DNA of 64,000 nt from an uncultured Solirubrobacterales bacterium (GCA_963781325.1 CAWAFK010000001.1:78491-142490), one strand, 5' to 3'. Positions 1 to 9,700 are shown, counted from the first letter of the stretch. The notes: a model not told the origin generated them from the sequence alone. Made by a program: numbers and translations.

Positions 1-10
1 CACCAAGGTC

Positions 11-688
11 GTGCGGATGCGCGAGATGGCCGCCGTGCCGCGCGTCACCTACGCGCTGATCGCGATCAACGTGATCGTCTACCTCACCGAGCAGGGCCAG
101 TTCACGCTCACCGGCGAGGCGTACGGCAAGGTCATCAACGAAGGCGATCTGTATCGCTTTGCGATCGCCGAAGGCCACCAGTACTACCGGCTCGTCTCCA
201 GCGCCTTCCTGCACGTCGACCTGCTGCACATCGGCTTCAACATGTACCTGCTGTATCTGCTCGGCATGATGCTCGAGCCCGCGCTCGGCTCGGTGCGGTT
301 CGCCGCGATCTACTTCACCTCGCTGCTCGCCGGCTCCTGCGGCGCGCTGATCGCCACCGCCGCCCCGAGCCTCGGCGCCTCGGGGGCGATCTTCGGGCTG
401 ATGGGCGCCGCCGCTGTCGAGCTGCGCGCGCAGGGGCGCAGCGTGATGGAGGGGGGCATCGGGGCGCTGATCATCTTCAACCTGATCCTCAGCTTCTCGG
501 TCCCCAACATCTCCGTCGGCGCCCACATCGGCGGGCTGATCGGCGGCGCGCTTGCCGGGCTCTCCTTCCGCCTTGCCACGGGCCGCTACGCGCTGGCGCT
601 CGGGCTGCTCGCCTGCCTGGCGCTGTCAGTGGCGGCGGTCGTGGTGGGTGTCGCCGCCGCGCAGTCCACAGCCGCCGGTATCGTGTGA
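11..688 (+). CDS. Rhomboid-family intramembrane serine protease (N-terminus probably outside the window)
   Basis: Several TM segments; H..FN motif, catalytic GASG, and AHIGG His motif. Confidence 0.9.
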   Translation: MRMREMAAVPRVTYALIAINVIVYLTEQGQFTLTGEAYGKVINEGDLYRFAIAEGHQYYRLVSSAFLHVDLLHIGFNMYLLYLLGMMLEPALGSVRFAAIYFTSLLAGSCGALIATAAPSLGASGAIFGLMGAAAVELRAQGRSVMEGGIGALIIFNLILSFSVPNISVGAHIGGLIGGALAGLSFRLATGRYALALGLLACLALSVAAVVVGVAAAQSTAAGIV

Positions 689-691
689 GCC

Positions 692-970
692 GTGGCGGTG
701 CTCAACGACGAGCAGATCCAGCGGCGCCTCGCAGGCAGCGAGTGGGCTCGCGATGGTGATGCGATCGTGCGCGAGTACAAGCTCACGGACTTTGCCACGG
801 CAATCGCCTTCGTCAACCGCGTCGCCGAGCTCGCGGAGGCTGCCAACCACCACCCCGACATCCTCGTGCACGGGTGGAACAGGGTGCGCCTGGAGCTCTC
901 CACCCACTCCGCGGGCGGCCTCACCGATGCCGACTTCGCGCTTGCCGGGCAGATCGACGGGCTCGGCTGA
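692..970 (+). CDS. Pterin-4-alpha-carbinolamine dehydratase (4a-hydroxytetrahydrobiopterin dehydratase)
   Basis: AEAANHHPD and STHSAGGLT..D motifs; 92 aa. Confidence 0.92.
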   Translation: MAVLNDEQIQRRLAGSEWARDGDAIVREYKLTDFATAIAFVNRVAELAEAANHHPDILVHGWNRVRLELSTHSAGGLTDADFALAGQIDGLG

Positions 971-979
971 GCACCGGGC

Positions 980-2302
980 GTGACCGGTCTGAAGCTGATC
1001 CTCGCGGCCCTGCTGGTCGCGGTGAACGCGTTCTTCGTGATCGCGGAGTACGCGCTCGTGCGCTCGCGGCGGGCTCGGTTGGAAGTGATGCGCGAGCAGG
1101 ACATGCGCGGCGCCGCGCTTGCGCTCAGGCAGCTGGAGCGGATCAACGACTACATCTCCGCCGTGCAGATCGGGGTCACGATGACCTCGATCGGGATCGG
1201 CGCGCTGGCCACGCCCACGCTCGCCGATGCGCTGCGGGAAGCCTTCGGAGGCGGGATATCCCACGATGTCGCCGTCGTGATCGCGGTCGTGATCGCCTAC
1301 GCGATCGTGATCACGGTGCAGCTGATCTTCGGGGAGATGGTGCCCAAGTTCTACGCGATCGACCGCGCCGAGAGCGTCGCCCGCCGCGTCGCCCGGCCGC
1401 TGCAGGGCTTCAGCGTCCTGTTCCGCCCGATCATCCGTGCGACCACGACCGTCTCCGCGCGGATCCTCAAGCTGTTCGGCGTCGACATGACCCGCGATCA
1501 CGGCGGCGGCTCGCCCGACGAGCTCAAGCGCCTGATCGCCGAATCGCACGCCGGCGGCCACCTCGACCCGGGGGAGGCGGGGATGCTCACCGGCGTCTTC
1601 CACCTGCACGAGCAGGAGGCGCGGCAGGTGATGACCCCGAGCCCCGCCGTGGTGGCGATCGACGTCTCGCGCGACGTCGAGACCGCGCTGAAGCTGTGCA
1701 TCTCCTCCGGGCACACGCGGCTGGTCGTGACCGAAGGCGAGGATCGCGATCGCGTGCGCGGGCTCGTGCACGCCAGCGCGCTCGCTCGCCGGCTGATGGA
1801 CGATGGGCCGCACGCCACGCTCGAGCCGGAGGTGCACGACGCGCCGATCGTGCCCGAGACCAAGCCGCTCGACGACCTGCTCGCCGATCTGCAGCGCCAG
1901 CGGACCTCGCTGGCGGTCGTCGTCGACGAGTACGGTCGCGTCGCGGGAATCGTCACCGTCGAGGACATCATCGAGGAGGTGGTCGGCGAGATCACCGACG
2001 AGACCGACCCCGCGGCCGGGGAGGTGCGGCGGCTGCCCGACGGGGACCTGTTCGTGCGCGGCCACGTCCCGGTCGCCGACCTCGCCGACTACGGGGTGCC
2101 GCTGCCGGTCGACAGCGACGCCTACAACTCCGTCGGCGGCTTCGTCTTCGCCGAGCTCGGGCGGCTCCCGCGGCGCGGCGACACCGTCACCGCCGGCCCC
2201 TTCTCGATTCGCGTGGAGTCGGTTCGCGAGAACCGCATCGAGTCGCTGCGCATCCGCGAGCGCCGTCCCGTGCCGGCGCGGGAGACGGCGACTGAGGAGT
2301 AA
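980..2302 (+). CDS. HlyC/CorC (CNNM + CBS pair + CorC) hemolysin-family transporter
   Basis: NAFFVIAEYAL, FGEMVPK, VVDEYG..GIVTVEDIIEE motifs. Confidence 0.93.
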   Translation: MTGLKLILAALLVAVNAFFVIAEYALVRSRRARLEVMREQDMRGAALALRQLERINDYISAVQIGVTMTSIGIGALATPTLADALREAFGGGISHDVAVVIAVVIAYAIVITVQLIFGEMVPKFYAIDRAESVARRVARPLQGFSVLFRPIIRATTTVSARILKLFGVDMTRDHGGGSPDELKRLIAESHAGGHLDPGEAGMLTGVFHLHEQEARQVMTPSPAVVAIDVSRDVETALKLCISSGHTRLVVTEGEDRDRVRGLVHASALARRLMDDGPHATLEPEVHDAPIVPETKPLDDLLADLQRQRTSLAVVVDEYGRVAGIVTVEDIIEEVVGEITDETDPAAGEVRRLPDGDLFVRGHVPVADLADYGVPLPVDSDAYNSVGGFVFAELGRLPRRGDTVTAGPFSIRVESVRENRIESLRIRERRPVPARETATEE

Positions 2303-2318
2303 AAACCTCCCAGGCACA

Positions 2319-2350
2319 CGTCCGGCCCGCGGGGGGAGCGGGCCGGAGCG
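2319..2350. terminator. GC-rich hairpin between convergent genes
   Basis: TCCGGCCCGC-GGGGGGA-GCGGGCCGGA inverted repeat just after the stop at 2302. Confidence 0.45.
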
Positions 2351-2531
2351 TGCGCACTGGGAGGAGGCGGGTGTGCGTTGCGATCTGTGTCGCGCTTTCA
2401 AGTATCCACTTCTTGATCAAGCCCACTTAAAAGGTTTGCGGTCCTAAGAACATTCTTGCCAACGGGTGACTTTGGTTACAAGGTCGGTGCCTGCCGATCC
2501 GGCCGGCACATGTCGGGCTGCCCAGGGCAGC

Positions 2532-3326
2532 TCAGTAGTCGTGGAAGCCGCGCCCGCTCTTGCGGCCGAGGGCGCCTTCGCCGATCAACCGCTCGACGCG
2601 CGGGGGCACCTGCTCTCCGAGCGTCTCCCCGATCGCCTGCGACACGTCGAGGCCCACCAGGTCCAGCAGCGCCAGCGGGCCCATCGGATGTCCTGCCCCC
2701 AGCTTCATGCAGGTGTCGATGTCCTCGGCGGGCATCTCGGTCTCTTCCAGCAGTCGCACTGCGCTGAACAGGTAGGGGAACAGTAGGCGGTTGACGACGA
2801 AGCCCGGCACGTCGGGCACCACCACGGGCGTCTTCTCGAAGGTCTCGCACAGCGCCAGCGCGCGGGCGCGTGTCTGCTCGCTCGCCGCCCGCGGGAAGAT
2901 CAGCTCGACCAGCTGCATCCGCGTCACGGGGTTGAACACGTGCAGGCCCACGAAGCGCTCGCCGACGCCGCTCGCCTGCGCCAGCCGCTCGATCGACAGC
3001 GAGGAGGTCGTGCTTGCCATTACCGCGTTTGCGCCCAGCACCCCGAGCAGCTCCGCGTGCACCCTCTCCTTCACTGCGTACTCCTCCACCACCGCCTCCA
3101 CCACAAACGTCGCTTCACTCAGCTCCTGTGGCTCGGTGACCACCTGCACATGCTCGGGGTCGATCTCCACGGCCAGGCGCGTAAGGGTCTGATCCACCCT
3201 GGTCTGGGCCCGCTCCGCGGAGCTGGCGGAGCGCGCCAGCAGCAGCACCGGTCCGTGGTGCGCAGCCGTTGCCGCCAGCCCGCACGCGATGGCCCCCGAG
3301 CCGACGATCGCCAGGTGCTCGTTCAT
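2532..3326 (-). CDS. 3-hydroxyacyl-CoA dehydrogenase family protein
   Basis: GSGAIA Rossmann motif, EAVVE, STTSS, HVFNPV, PGFVVNR, HPMGP; likely start MNEHLAIVG at 3326. Confidence 0.92.
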   Translation of the reverse strand: MNEHLAIVGSGAIACGLAATAAHHGPVLLLARSASSAERAQTRVDQTLTRLAVEIDPEHVQVVTEPQELSEATFVVEAVVEEYAVKERVHAELLGVLGANAVMASTTSSLSIERLAQASGVGERFVGLHVFNPVTRMQLVELIFPRAASEQTRARALALCETFEKTPVVVPDVPGFVVNRLLFPYLFSAVRLLEETEMPAEDIDTCMKLGAGHPMGPLALLDLVGLDVSQAIGETLGEQVPPRVERLIGEGALGRKSGRGFHDY

Positions 3327-3475
3327 GCGCGCCTCCGTGCTGCCGTGGGCCCGCACGCGATGGCCCTCGAGCCGACGATTGTCAGGTGCTCGTTCATGCG
3401 CGCCTCCGTGTTGCCGCGGGCCCGCAGGGCGATCACGTTTGAGCCGACGATTGTCAGGTGGTCGATCATGCGCGC
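3279..3475. repeat. Three tandem ~71-bp copies of the start region of the 3-hydroxyacyl-CoA dehydrogenase gene
   Basis: CGCACGCGATGGCCC..GAGCCGACGAT..CAGGTGCTCGTTCATGCGCGC units at 3281, 3352 and 3423, degenerating away from the gene. Confidence 0.9.
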
Positions 3476-3563
3476 TGCTCCACGATGGCTCACGCTCCTT
3501 CTATAGCGACGGATTCGGGACGAGCGATTCGATCCCCGGGTCAGGGGGAGTCGAAAGAATTGG

Positions 3564-3579
3564 TTGACTGACCAGTCAA
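3564..3579. promoter_or_regulatory. Palindromic operator (TetR-like) in the divergent promoter of two beta-oxidation genes
   Basis: Perfect inverted repeat TTGACTG-AC-CAGTCAA. Confidence 0.6.
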
Positions 3580-3664
3580 TCTAGGGGTGTCACGCGGTAG
3601 AGTATGTGTTGGAGGCGCTGCGCGGCAACGTGCCGATCAACCACTGCACACGGAGGACTTCAAA

Positions 3665-4837
3665 ATGAGGCAACCAGAGGGCCGTGAGGTCGTGATCGTC
3701 GAGGCGGTGCGCACCCCGATCGGGCGCGGCCATAAGGAGAAGGGCTACTACAGGGACACCCACCCCAATGCGCTGCTGGGCAAGTGCTACAGCGAGGTGA
3801 TCGCCCGCGCCGGCATCGACGCCGCCGAGGTCGAAGACGTCGTCGCCGGCTGCGTGCAGCAGTTCGGCGAGCAGGCCTTCAACATCGCGCGCAACGCGTG
3901 GCTGCAGGAGGGCCTGCCGATCGAGACCCCCGCTACCACCGTCGATCGCCAGTGCGGCTCCGCCCAGCAGGCCGTCAACTTCTCCGCCGCGCTGATCGCC
4001 GCGGGCGTGCACGACACGATGATCGGCGGGGGCGTCGAGCACATGGGCCACCTCCCCTTCGCCGCGGGGATGCAGACTCAGCAGGAGTTCGGCTTCGCCT
4101 TCACCCCCGAGCTGATGGCCAAGCACAACATCGTCGGCCAGGGCCTCGGCGCGGAGATGATCGCCGACCAGTGGGAGATTTCACGCGCCGAGCTCGACGA
4201 GCTCGCGGTGCGCTCCCACCGCCTCGCCCACCAGGCGACCGAGGAGGGCCGCTTCGAGCGCGAGATCGTGCCCTTCGCCGTCAACGGCGACACGTTCGTC
4301 ACCGACCAGGGGATCCGCCCCGAAACGACGCTCGAGGCGCTCGCCCAGCTGAAGCCCGCGTTCAAGCCCGACGGCAAGATCACCGCCGGCAACGCCTCGC
4401 AGATCTCCGACGGCGCCGCCGCGGTGCTGCTGATGTCGGCGGAGAAGGCCAAGGCGCTCGGTCTGCGCGCCCGCGCGCGGATCGTCGATCAGACCACGGT
4501 CGGCTGCGACCCCGTGAAAATGCTGGAGGGCCCGATTCCCGCCACGGCGAAGATCCTCGAGCGCAACGGCATGACCATCGACGACATCGACCTGATCGAG
4601 ATCAACGAGGCCTTCGCCCCGGTCGTCGCCGCCTGGCGGCGCGAGCACAGCCCGGATATGGACCGCGTCAACGTCAACGGCGGCGCGATGGCGCTCGGGC
4701 ACCCGCTCGGCTCCACCGGGGCGCGGCTGATCACCACGCTGCTGCACGAGCTGGAGCGCTCCGACAAGGAGGTCGGCTTCGTCACGATGTGCTGCGGCGG
4801 AGGGCTGGGCACCGCAACGCTGATCCAACGCGTCTGA
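3665..4837 (+). CDS. Thiolase (acetyl-CoA C-acyltransferase)
   Basis: VRTPIG, DRQCGS catalytic Cys, NEAFA, GHPLG, MCCGGG; GGAGG RBS before ATG 3665. Confidence 0.95.
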   Translation: MRQPEGREVVIVEAVRTPIGRGHKEKGYYRDTHPNALLGKCYSEVIARAGIDAAEVEDVVAGCVQQFGEQAFNIARNAWLQEGLPIETPATTVDRQCGSAQQAVNFSAALIAAGVHDTMIGGGVEHMGHLPFAAGMQTQQEFGFAFTPELMAKHNIVGQGLGAEMIADQWEISRAELDELAVRSHRLAHQATEEGRFEREIVPFAVNGDTFVTDQGIRPETTLEALAQLKPAFKPDGKITAGNASQISDGAAAVLLMSAEKAKALGLRARARIVDQTTVGCDPVKMLEGPIPATAKILERNGMTIDDIDLIEINEAFAPVVAAWRREHSPDMDRVNVNGGAMALGHPLGSTGARLITTLLHELERSDKEVGFVTMCCGGGLGTATLIQRV

Positions 4838-4843
4838 AGCGCG

Positions 4844-4997
4844 GGGCATTCATTATTTTTCGGCCCTATACCACTTCATTTTGTGAAGGGTATGGGCCCT
4901 GTTGGTGTATCTCAAGGTCAGGGGTACCACCAACTGGACCTGTCGGGCTGCGACCGGATGACAGCTATGAGAGGTCCAGTTGCTGGTATGGGTGCCC
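4844..4997. other. AT-richer multi-stem palindromic intergenic element between convergent genes
   Basis: Outer stem 4844-4853/4988-4997 enclosing hairpins 4862-4898 and 4926-4987. Confidence 0.55.
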
Positions 4998-5008
4998 GAA
5001 TGAACATA

Positions 5009-5173
5009 GGTCTTCGGGCCAGCGGCGGCCCGGTCTTTGGGCCGGCGGCGATCGGGTCTTCGGGACCGGCGGCAGATCAGGTCTTCGAGCCGGCGGCGGT
5101 CCGGTCTTTGGGCCGGCGGCGATCGGGTCTTCGAGGCCGGCGGCAGATCAGGTCTTCGGGCCGGCGGCGGTCC
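5009..5173. repeat. Seven 23-25-bp tandem units (higher-order 71-bp unit twice) derived from the 3' end of the adjacent gene
   Basis: GGTCTT.G.GCCGGCGGC... units at 5009, 5032, 5055, 5080, 5103, 5126 and 5151. Confidence 0.92.
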
Positions 5174-6757
5174 AGTTCACTTCGACCATCGGCAGCACGA
5201 GGATGTAGCCCCACGTGCCGGCGTCGGTTTCCCCCGTCGCCGGCAGGCCGTGTTCGGCTTGGATCTGCTTCACGTCAGCAGCGGTCTGCGATTCGAAGAT
5301 CCCCGTCGTCGGCTGGGAGGGGATCGCGCCCGCGAGGTGCTCCTGCAGCCACAGCACCTGATCGCTCTTGGCGCCTTCCTTGAGCAGCGGCGAGGTCAGC
5401 TCCGGCTGGGGCACCGTCAGGGTCGCGTTGAGCGGTTCGGCCATCGAGGTCCACCCGGCCGCCTTGGTTTCCTGCCAATCCCAGAAGGAGTTGCCCGCCG
5501 CCCCATAGGCGCTCGCCAGCGAGCGGAAGGCCACGATTTCCGAAGCGCTCACGCCGCCGTAGGTCTGTCCCAGCGGCAGGATCGGCCGTCCGTAGACGAG
5601 GTTCTGTTCGTAGGTGTTCACATACACCTGCGCCACGCTGGTGCCGATGTCGTGCCAGTACATCTGCGGCACGTCGAACTGCGCCCCATCGGGGCCGAGG
5701 AACACCGAGTAGGGGAAGGACGGGTGATAGTTGACGTAGGGGAAGGACGCCAGCGCCAGCGGGAAGGCCGGGCCGATCTTCGCCCGCAGCATGTCGATGT
5801 AGGTCTGGGCTGCCCCGTACAGCCCTTCGTACTGCGCCTCCGCGTCGATCACGAGGCATTCGGCCCCTTCGGCGACTGCCTTCGCCCCGAGTTCGGCCTC
5901 GCCCACCGGGTTGCTGCCGTACACGTATTGCCAGGCGCACACTTTCAGCCCCTGCGCGTGCACTTCTTCCACCAGCTTTTTGCTGAACTGGCTCCAGTAG
6001 TTGGTCGAGCCGTCGGAGCTCTTGATCAGCAGCGTCCCCACCCCGGCAGCCTTCGCCTGTGCGGCGATCGACCCCAGGTTGCCCCCGTTGGAGGCGCTCA
6101 GGTACCAGATCCACATGCCCTGTCCGGCGAGCGCCGTCCCGTTCGCCGTGCTCGCCACTCCGCTGGGCACCGGCGCAGGCGCCGGTTTCGGCGGGGCGGG
6201 TGGGTGCAGCGCGTGCGTCACGACTTTGATCGGGCCGTACAGGTTCGACCTGCGATCCCTCCCCAGCAGCACGGCGATCTGTCCGGAGTGCGCGCTGCCC
6301 GGAACGGTCACGACCAGCCCAAGCGTCGAGGAGTGCAGGTGCGCGCTCGGCGAGTTGCTCGCGATCCGCGCGTTCCATGAGTGCGGGAACGCCACGGCCT
6401 GCCCGCTCTTGAGGCCCTTCCCCTGCAGCAGCAGCGTGCCGTGTGTGGAGACTTCGTGCTCCCTGGTGCTGCAGTTGCTCGCCGGCACGCAGCGCGCGCT
6501 CGAGATCGCCACCGCTGGCTGGGGGGGAGCTTTTTGGCCTTGCTCTTGCTCCTGCCCTTGGCGGGTGGCGTGGTCGTGGGCGTTCGATTCGCCGGCTGCC
6601 CGCCGCTGGAGGACCCCGACGACCCCCCCGACCTGCCCCCCGGCGGGGACGTGCCGCCGGTGATCTGGGCGGCCGTGGCGCCTGCCGGCAGCGCCAGCGC
6701 CACCGCCGTCGCTAATGCGAGGAACCAAAATCGCTTGTTCGCCCGAGTGCTGTCCAT
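5148..6757 (-). CDS. Secreted protein: signal peptide, Ig-like region, putative glycoside-hydrolase-like domain and C-terminal peptidoglycan-binding domain (one frameshift near 6525)
   Basis: Signal peptide in ORF 6308..6757; GMWIWY, VIDAE and PQMYW motifs and L.EG....V..LQ..L...TG....T...VK.IQ..HGL..TG PG-binding repeat in ORF 5148..6728; G homopolymer at the junction. Confidence 0.75.
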
Positions 6758-6864
6758 GCGATGAGGGGCCGATGCGCGCGACCGACCATAACGGCTATGG
6801 GGTTCGCAACCTACTTGCGGGACGGAAGTTGCGCCAACGGGGCGCAGTCGGGCGAGCTGAGCCG

Positions 6865-7971
6865 TCAGACCCAGCGAAAGCCCAGCGGCGCCGGCGCCGG
6901 TGCAAGCGGGCTTGCAGGCAGGCCCGCGGGGGGGTCGGGCAGGTTGAAGCCGCTGGGCGCCACGTCGTTGGGGGCGTCGGCGTGGAACAGCGAGGCGAGG
7001 TACTGGATCTGCCCGCGGCCCACGCCCAGCTCGAACTGGCCGCCGCCGTAGTTGCCGATGCCCCGCTCCGCGCAGTGGTCGAACGCGTCCACGAGGTTAC
7101 GCAGGCCACCCAGACGAGAGGGCTTGATGTTGACCATGCGCGGTGGGTAGCGCAGCGCTTCGATGTCCGCCACCGAGTGGATCGGCGCATCCCACGAGAA
7201 GCGCTCCCGGTGCTCCGCCAGCACCGCGTCGGTCTCCGGCGTCAGCGCCGGGTCCTCGATCCACGCCTCGGGGAGCGCCTCCACCACCCGCCTGTACAGC
7301 GCCGGGTCGGCCGGCTGATCGACGATCGAGCCGGTGTAGTACGCCTTGAAGTCCACCGACTCCACCGCTCCGGTCGCGGCCAGCTCGGCGACCAGGCCCT
7401 CATCCCAAGAGCTGGTCGGATCGAGCTTGAAGCACAGCCCCGGGTAGAGCTCCAGGCGCCGCCGCAGCGGCTCGAGCGTGGGGGGCTCGCCGAGGCGCAG
7501 CGACACCACGAAGCGCACCGGCGCCGGCTTCCGGCCGAGCAGCGCGTGCAGGGTCGTGCCCGCCTGGCGCAGCCCCAGGTCGAGCGCAGCCGACTCGTAC
7601 GCCCACAGGCGGTAGCGCTGCGACACCTCCCGCTGGGGGGGCTCCGGAAAGAGATCGAGCTCCCGCAGGCGCTCGGCGAAGGAGGCGATCGTGAAGCTGC
7701 CCGCCAGCGGCAGCGTCGGTCCGGCGGCCTGGAGGATCGTGTGGTCGACCGCGTCATAGGTGACGTCCTCCCCCTGCCCCTCCTCACCCGTGCCCCGCAG
7801 CCGGATCACCGTGGAGAGGCGCTCGAACTCGCTCGACACCTTCGCGCTGAGCGGCTCCAGCGCGTAATCCTCGATCTTCACCGCCAGCCCCGCGAGGAGC
7901 TCCCAAGTGCTTGGCCGGAGGGGGGCAGGCCCACCTCCGGACCTCCCCCCGTGCGGCTGGTGGGTGCTCAC
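6865..7971 (-). CDS. Enolase-superfamily (muconate lactonizing/epimerase-like) protein
   Basis: ESAALDL, FKLD, IEDP, WDAPI, NIKPSRLG motifs. Confidence 0.75.
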   Translation of the reverse strand: MSTHQPHGGRSGGGPAPLRPSTWELLAGLAVKIEDYALEPLSAKVSSEFERLSTVIRLRGTGEEGQGEDVTYDAVDHTILQAAGPTLPLAGSFTIASFAERLRELDLFPEPPQREVSQRYRLWAYESAALDLGLRQAGTTLHALLGRKPAPVRFVVSLRLGEPPTLEPLRRRLELYPGLCFKLDPTSSWDEGLVAELAATGAVESVDFKAYYTGSIVDQPADPALYRRVVEALPEAWIEDPALTPETDAVLAEHRERFSWDAPIHSVADIEALRYPPRMVNIKPSRLGGLRNLVDAFDHCAERGIGNYGGGQFELGVGRGQIQYLASLFHADAPNDVAPSGFNLPDPPAGLPASPLAPAPAPLGFRWV

Positions 7972-8288
7972 CCGCCCGCCTCGCTTTTGGCGCCCTCGCT
8001 CTCCGACCGAGGAAGAGGGTCCAGGCTCGCCGACCGCTGGCCGGCTGCGCCACCCTCGAGGCGCGCCACCATATCCTCCAGACGGAGCTCCTCCAGCGCG
8101 CCTCCCACCGCCTCCAGCTCGCCCGCGCAGCGCTCGATCAGCTCCTTGCCCTCCTTCACGAGCTGCAGCGTATCGGTGAGGCTCGCCTCGCCTGAGTCCA
8201 GCCGGCGAATGATCTCCTCCACCCGCGCCACGTTCGCCTCGTAGCTCTGCGCGCCCTGCGCCTGCTCGATCGAGGATCTCTCGCTCAT
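7968..8288 (-). CDS. xseB: Exodeoxyribonuclease VII small subunit
   Basis: SYEANVARVEEIIRRLDSGEASL..L.L..EG..L...C...L pattern; directly after xseA; start MSERSS at 8288. Confidence 0.88.
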   Translation of the reverse strand: MSERSSIEQAQGAQSYEANVARVEEIIRRLDSGEASLTDTLQLVKEGKELIERCAGELEAVGGALEELRLEDMVARLEGGAAGQRSASLDPLPRSESEGAKSEAGG

Positions 8289-8322
8289 GAGACCACTTCG
8301 CTGGTGCTTGGCGCCGAGCTTC

Positions 8323-9657
8323 TCATGAGCCCTCCTCGATCCGTGCGCCGAGGTCGCCGTCGGCGAAGCGCAGCCGCACGCGCGCCTGCTCGCGGGCGCT
8401 CTCCGCGCTCGACAGCGGCTCGCCCGTGGGGCTCTGCACCAGCGCATACCCCCGCTCCAGCGTGCGCTGCGGATCGTGCGCCGCCAGCGTCAACGCGAGG
8501 CGCTCGAGCTCGCGTGGACGCCGCCGGCGGCAGTCGCCGATCGCCGCCTGCGTCTTGCGCTCCAGCACCACTGCCCGCCGCCGTGTCAGCGCGCGCTCGC
8601 CCTCCACCCGCCGGCGCGCGCCGGCGCGGATCTCGCGCAGCTGCTGATGCAGCCGCCGGCGCTGGCGCTCCAGCTGTTCGGTGGGAGCGCGCGAGAGCGC
8701 CGCGAGCGCGCGCGCTCGCTCCAGCACCGCACGGCGGCCGTGGTGGTGCAGGCGCTTGGCCGCCCTCCCCAACTCGGTGCGAGCCTGCGCGCAGTCAACC
8801 CCCACCGCCTCCTGCGCGGCGTGCGTCGGAGTGGAGCAGCTCACGGCCGCCACGTCGTCCAGCAGCGTGCGGTCGGTGTGGTGGCCCACCGAGGCGATCA
8901 CCGGCACCCCCAGCAGCGCCACGGTGCGGCACAGGGTCTCGTCGCAGAAGCACAGTAGATCCGCCAGCGAGCCCCCGCCGCGCGCGACGATCGCCACGTC
9001 CACCGCGCCCACCGCCGCCAGGTCCTGCAGCGCTCGGGTGATCGCCGGGGCGGCGTGGCGGTCCTGCACGGGCGCGAAGCCCCACACCACGGTGCCGGCC
9101 CAGCCGCGGCGCTCAAGGCCCGCCAGGATGTCGTCGCGGGCCTTGCCCCCCTCGCCGGTCACCACGCCGATCGTGCGCGGCAGCAGCGGCCGCGGCAGGC
9201 GCCGCTGGCGCTCCAGCAGGCCCTCCGCTGCTAGCGCCTTGCGCAGACGCTCGATCCGAGCGAGCAGGTCGCCCTCGCCCGCCACCCGCAGGTCGCTGAC
9301 CGCGAAGCTGAAGCTGGGGGAGGCGCTGGCGCTGCCGGGGTAGTAGTCGCAGCCGCCGGCGATCACCACCTGCATCCCCTCCCTGACGGCGCCGGCGCGG
9401 CGCACCATCACCTCCCAATCCGCCTTCCACGCCGCGCATGGGATCGCGCCATGGGCGTCGCGCAGCTCGAAGTACACCCGCGCCCGCGAGGGCCGCAGAT
9501 CCGCCAGCTCGCCCACGAGCTGTACGCCCGCAAACGCCCGCAGCCGCGCGCGCAGCGCCGCCGCGTACTCTCCCACCCCGAACGGGCCCGCCAGCGCGCT
9601 CCCCGGAATACCCGCGCGCGTGGTGGGGGCCGGCGTAAGCGTGTCGTTGCCGGACAT
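8323..9657 (-). CDS. xseA: Exodeoxyribonuclease VII large subunit
   Basis: OB-fold YFELRD, IGVVT, ARGGGS..DL..F, SVGHHTD, STPTHAA, LERGYALV. Confidence 0.95.
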   Translation of the reverse strand: MSGNDTLTPAPTTRAGIPGSALAGPFGVGEYAAALRARLRAFAGVQLVGELADLRPSRARVYFELRDAHGAIPCAAWKADWEVMVRRAGAVREGMQVVIAGGCDYYPGSASASPSFSFAVSDLRVAGEGDLLARIERLRKALAAEGLLERQRRLPRPLLPRTIGVVTGEGGKARDDILAGLERRGWAGTVVWGFAPVQDRHAAPAITRALQDLAAVGAVDVAIVARGGGSLADLLCFCDETLCRTVALLGVPVIASVGHHTDRTLLDDVAAVSCSTPTHAAQEAVGVDCAQARTELGRAAKRLHHHGRRAVLERARALAALSRAPTEQLERQRRRLHQQLREIRAGARRRVEGERALTRRRAVVLERKTQAAIGDCRRRRPRELERLALTLAAHDPQRTLERGYALVQSPTGEPLSSAESAREQARVRLRFADGDLGARIEEGS

Positions 9658-9700
9658 CTCTCTTGTCAGCCTAGAGGGTGGCGCAGACGGCGCAGGCCGG

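Noticed and set aside
5009-5173. CRISPR array
   Set aside because: Units are contiguous with no unique spacers, derive from the adjacent gene end, and no cas genes are present.
6760-6862. c-di-AMP (ydaO) riboswitch upstream of the peptidoglycan-binding gene
   Set aside because: The region is short and lacks the conserved GCTGAATCC and GGGGTGAA motifs.
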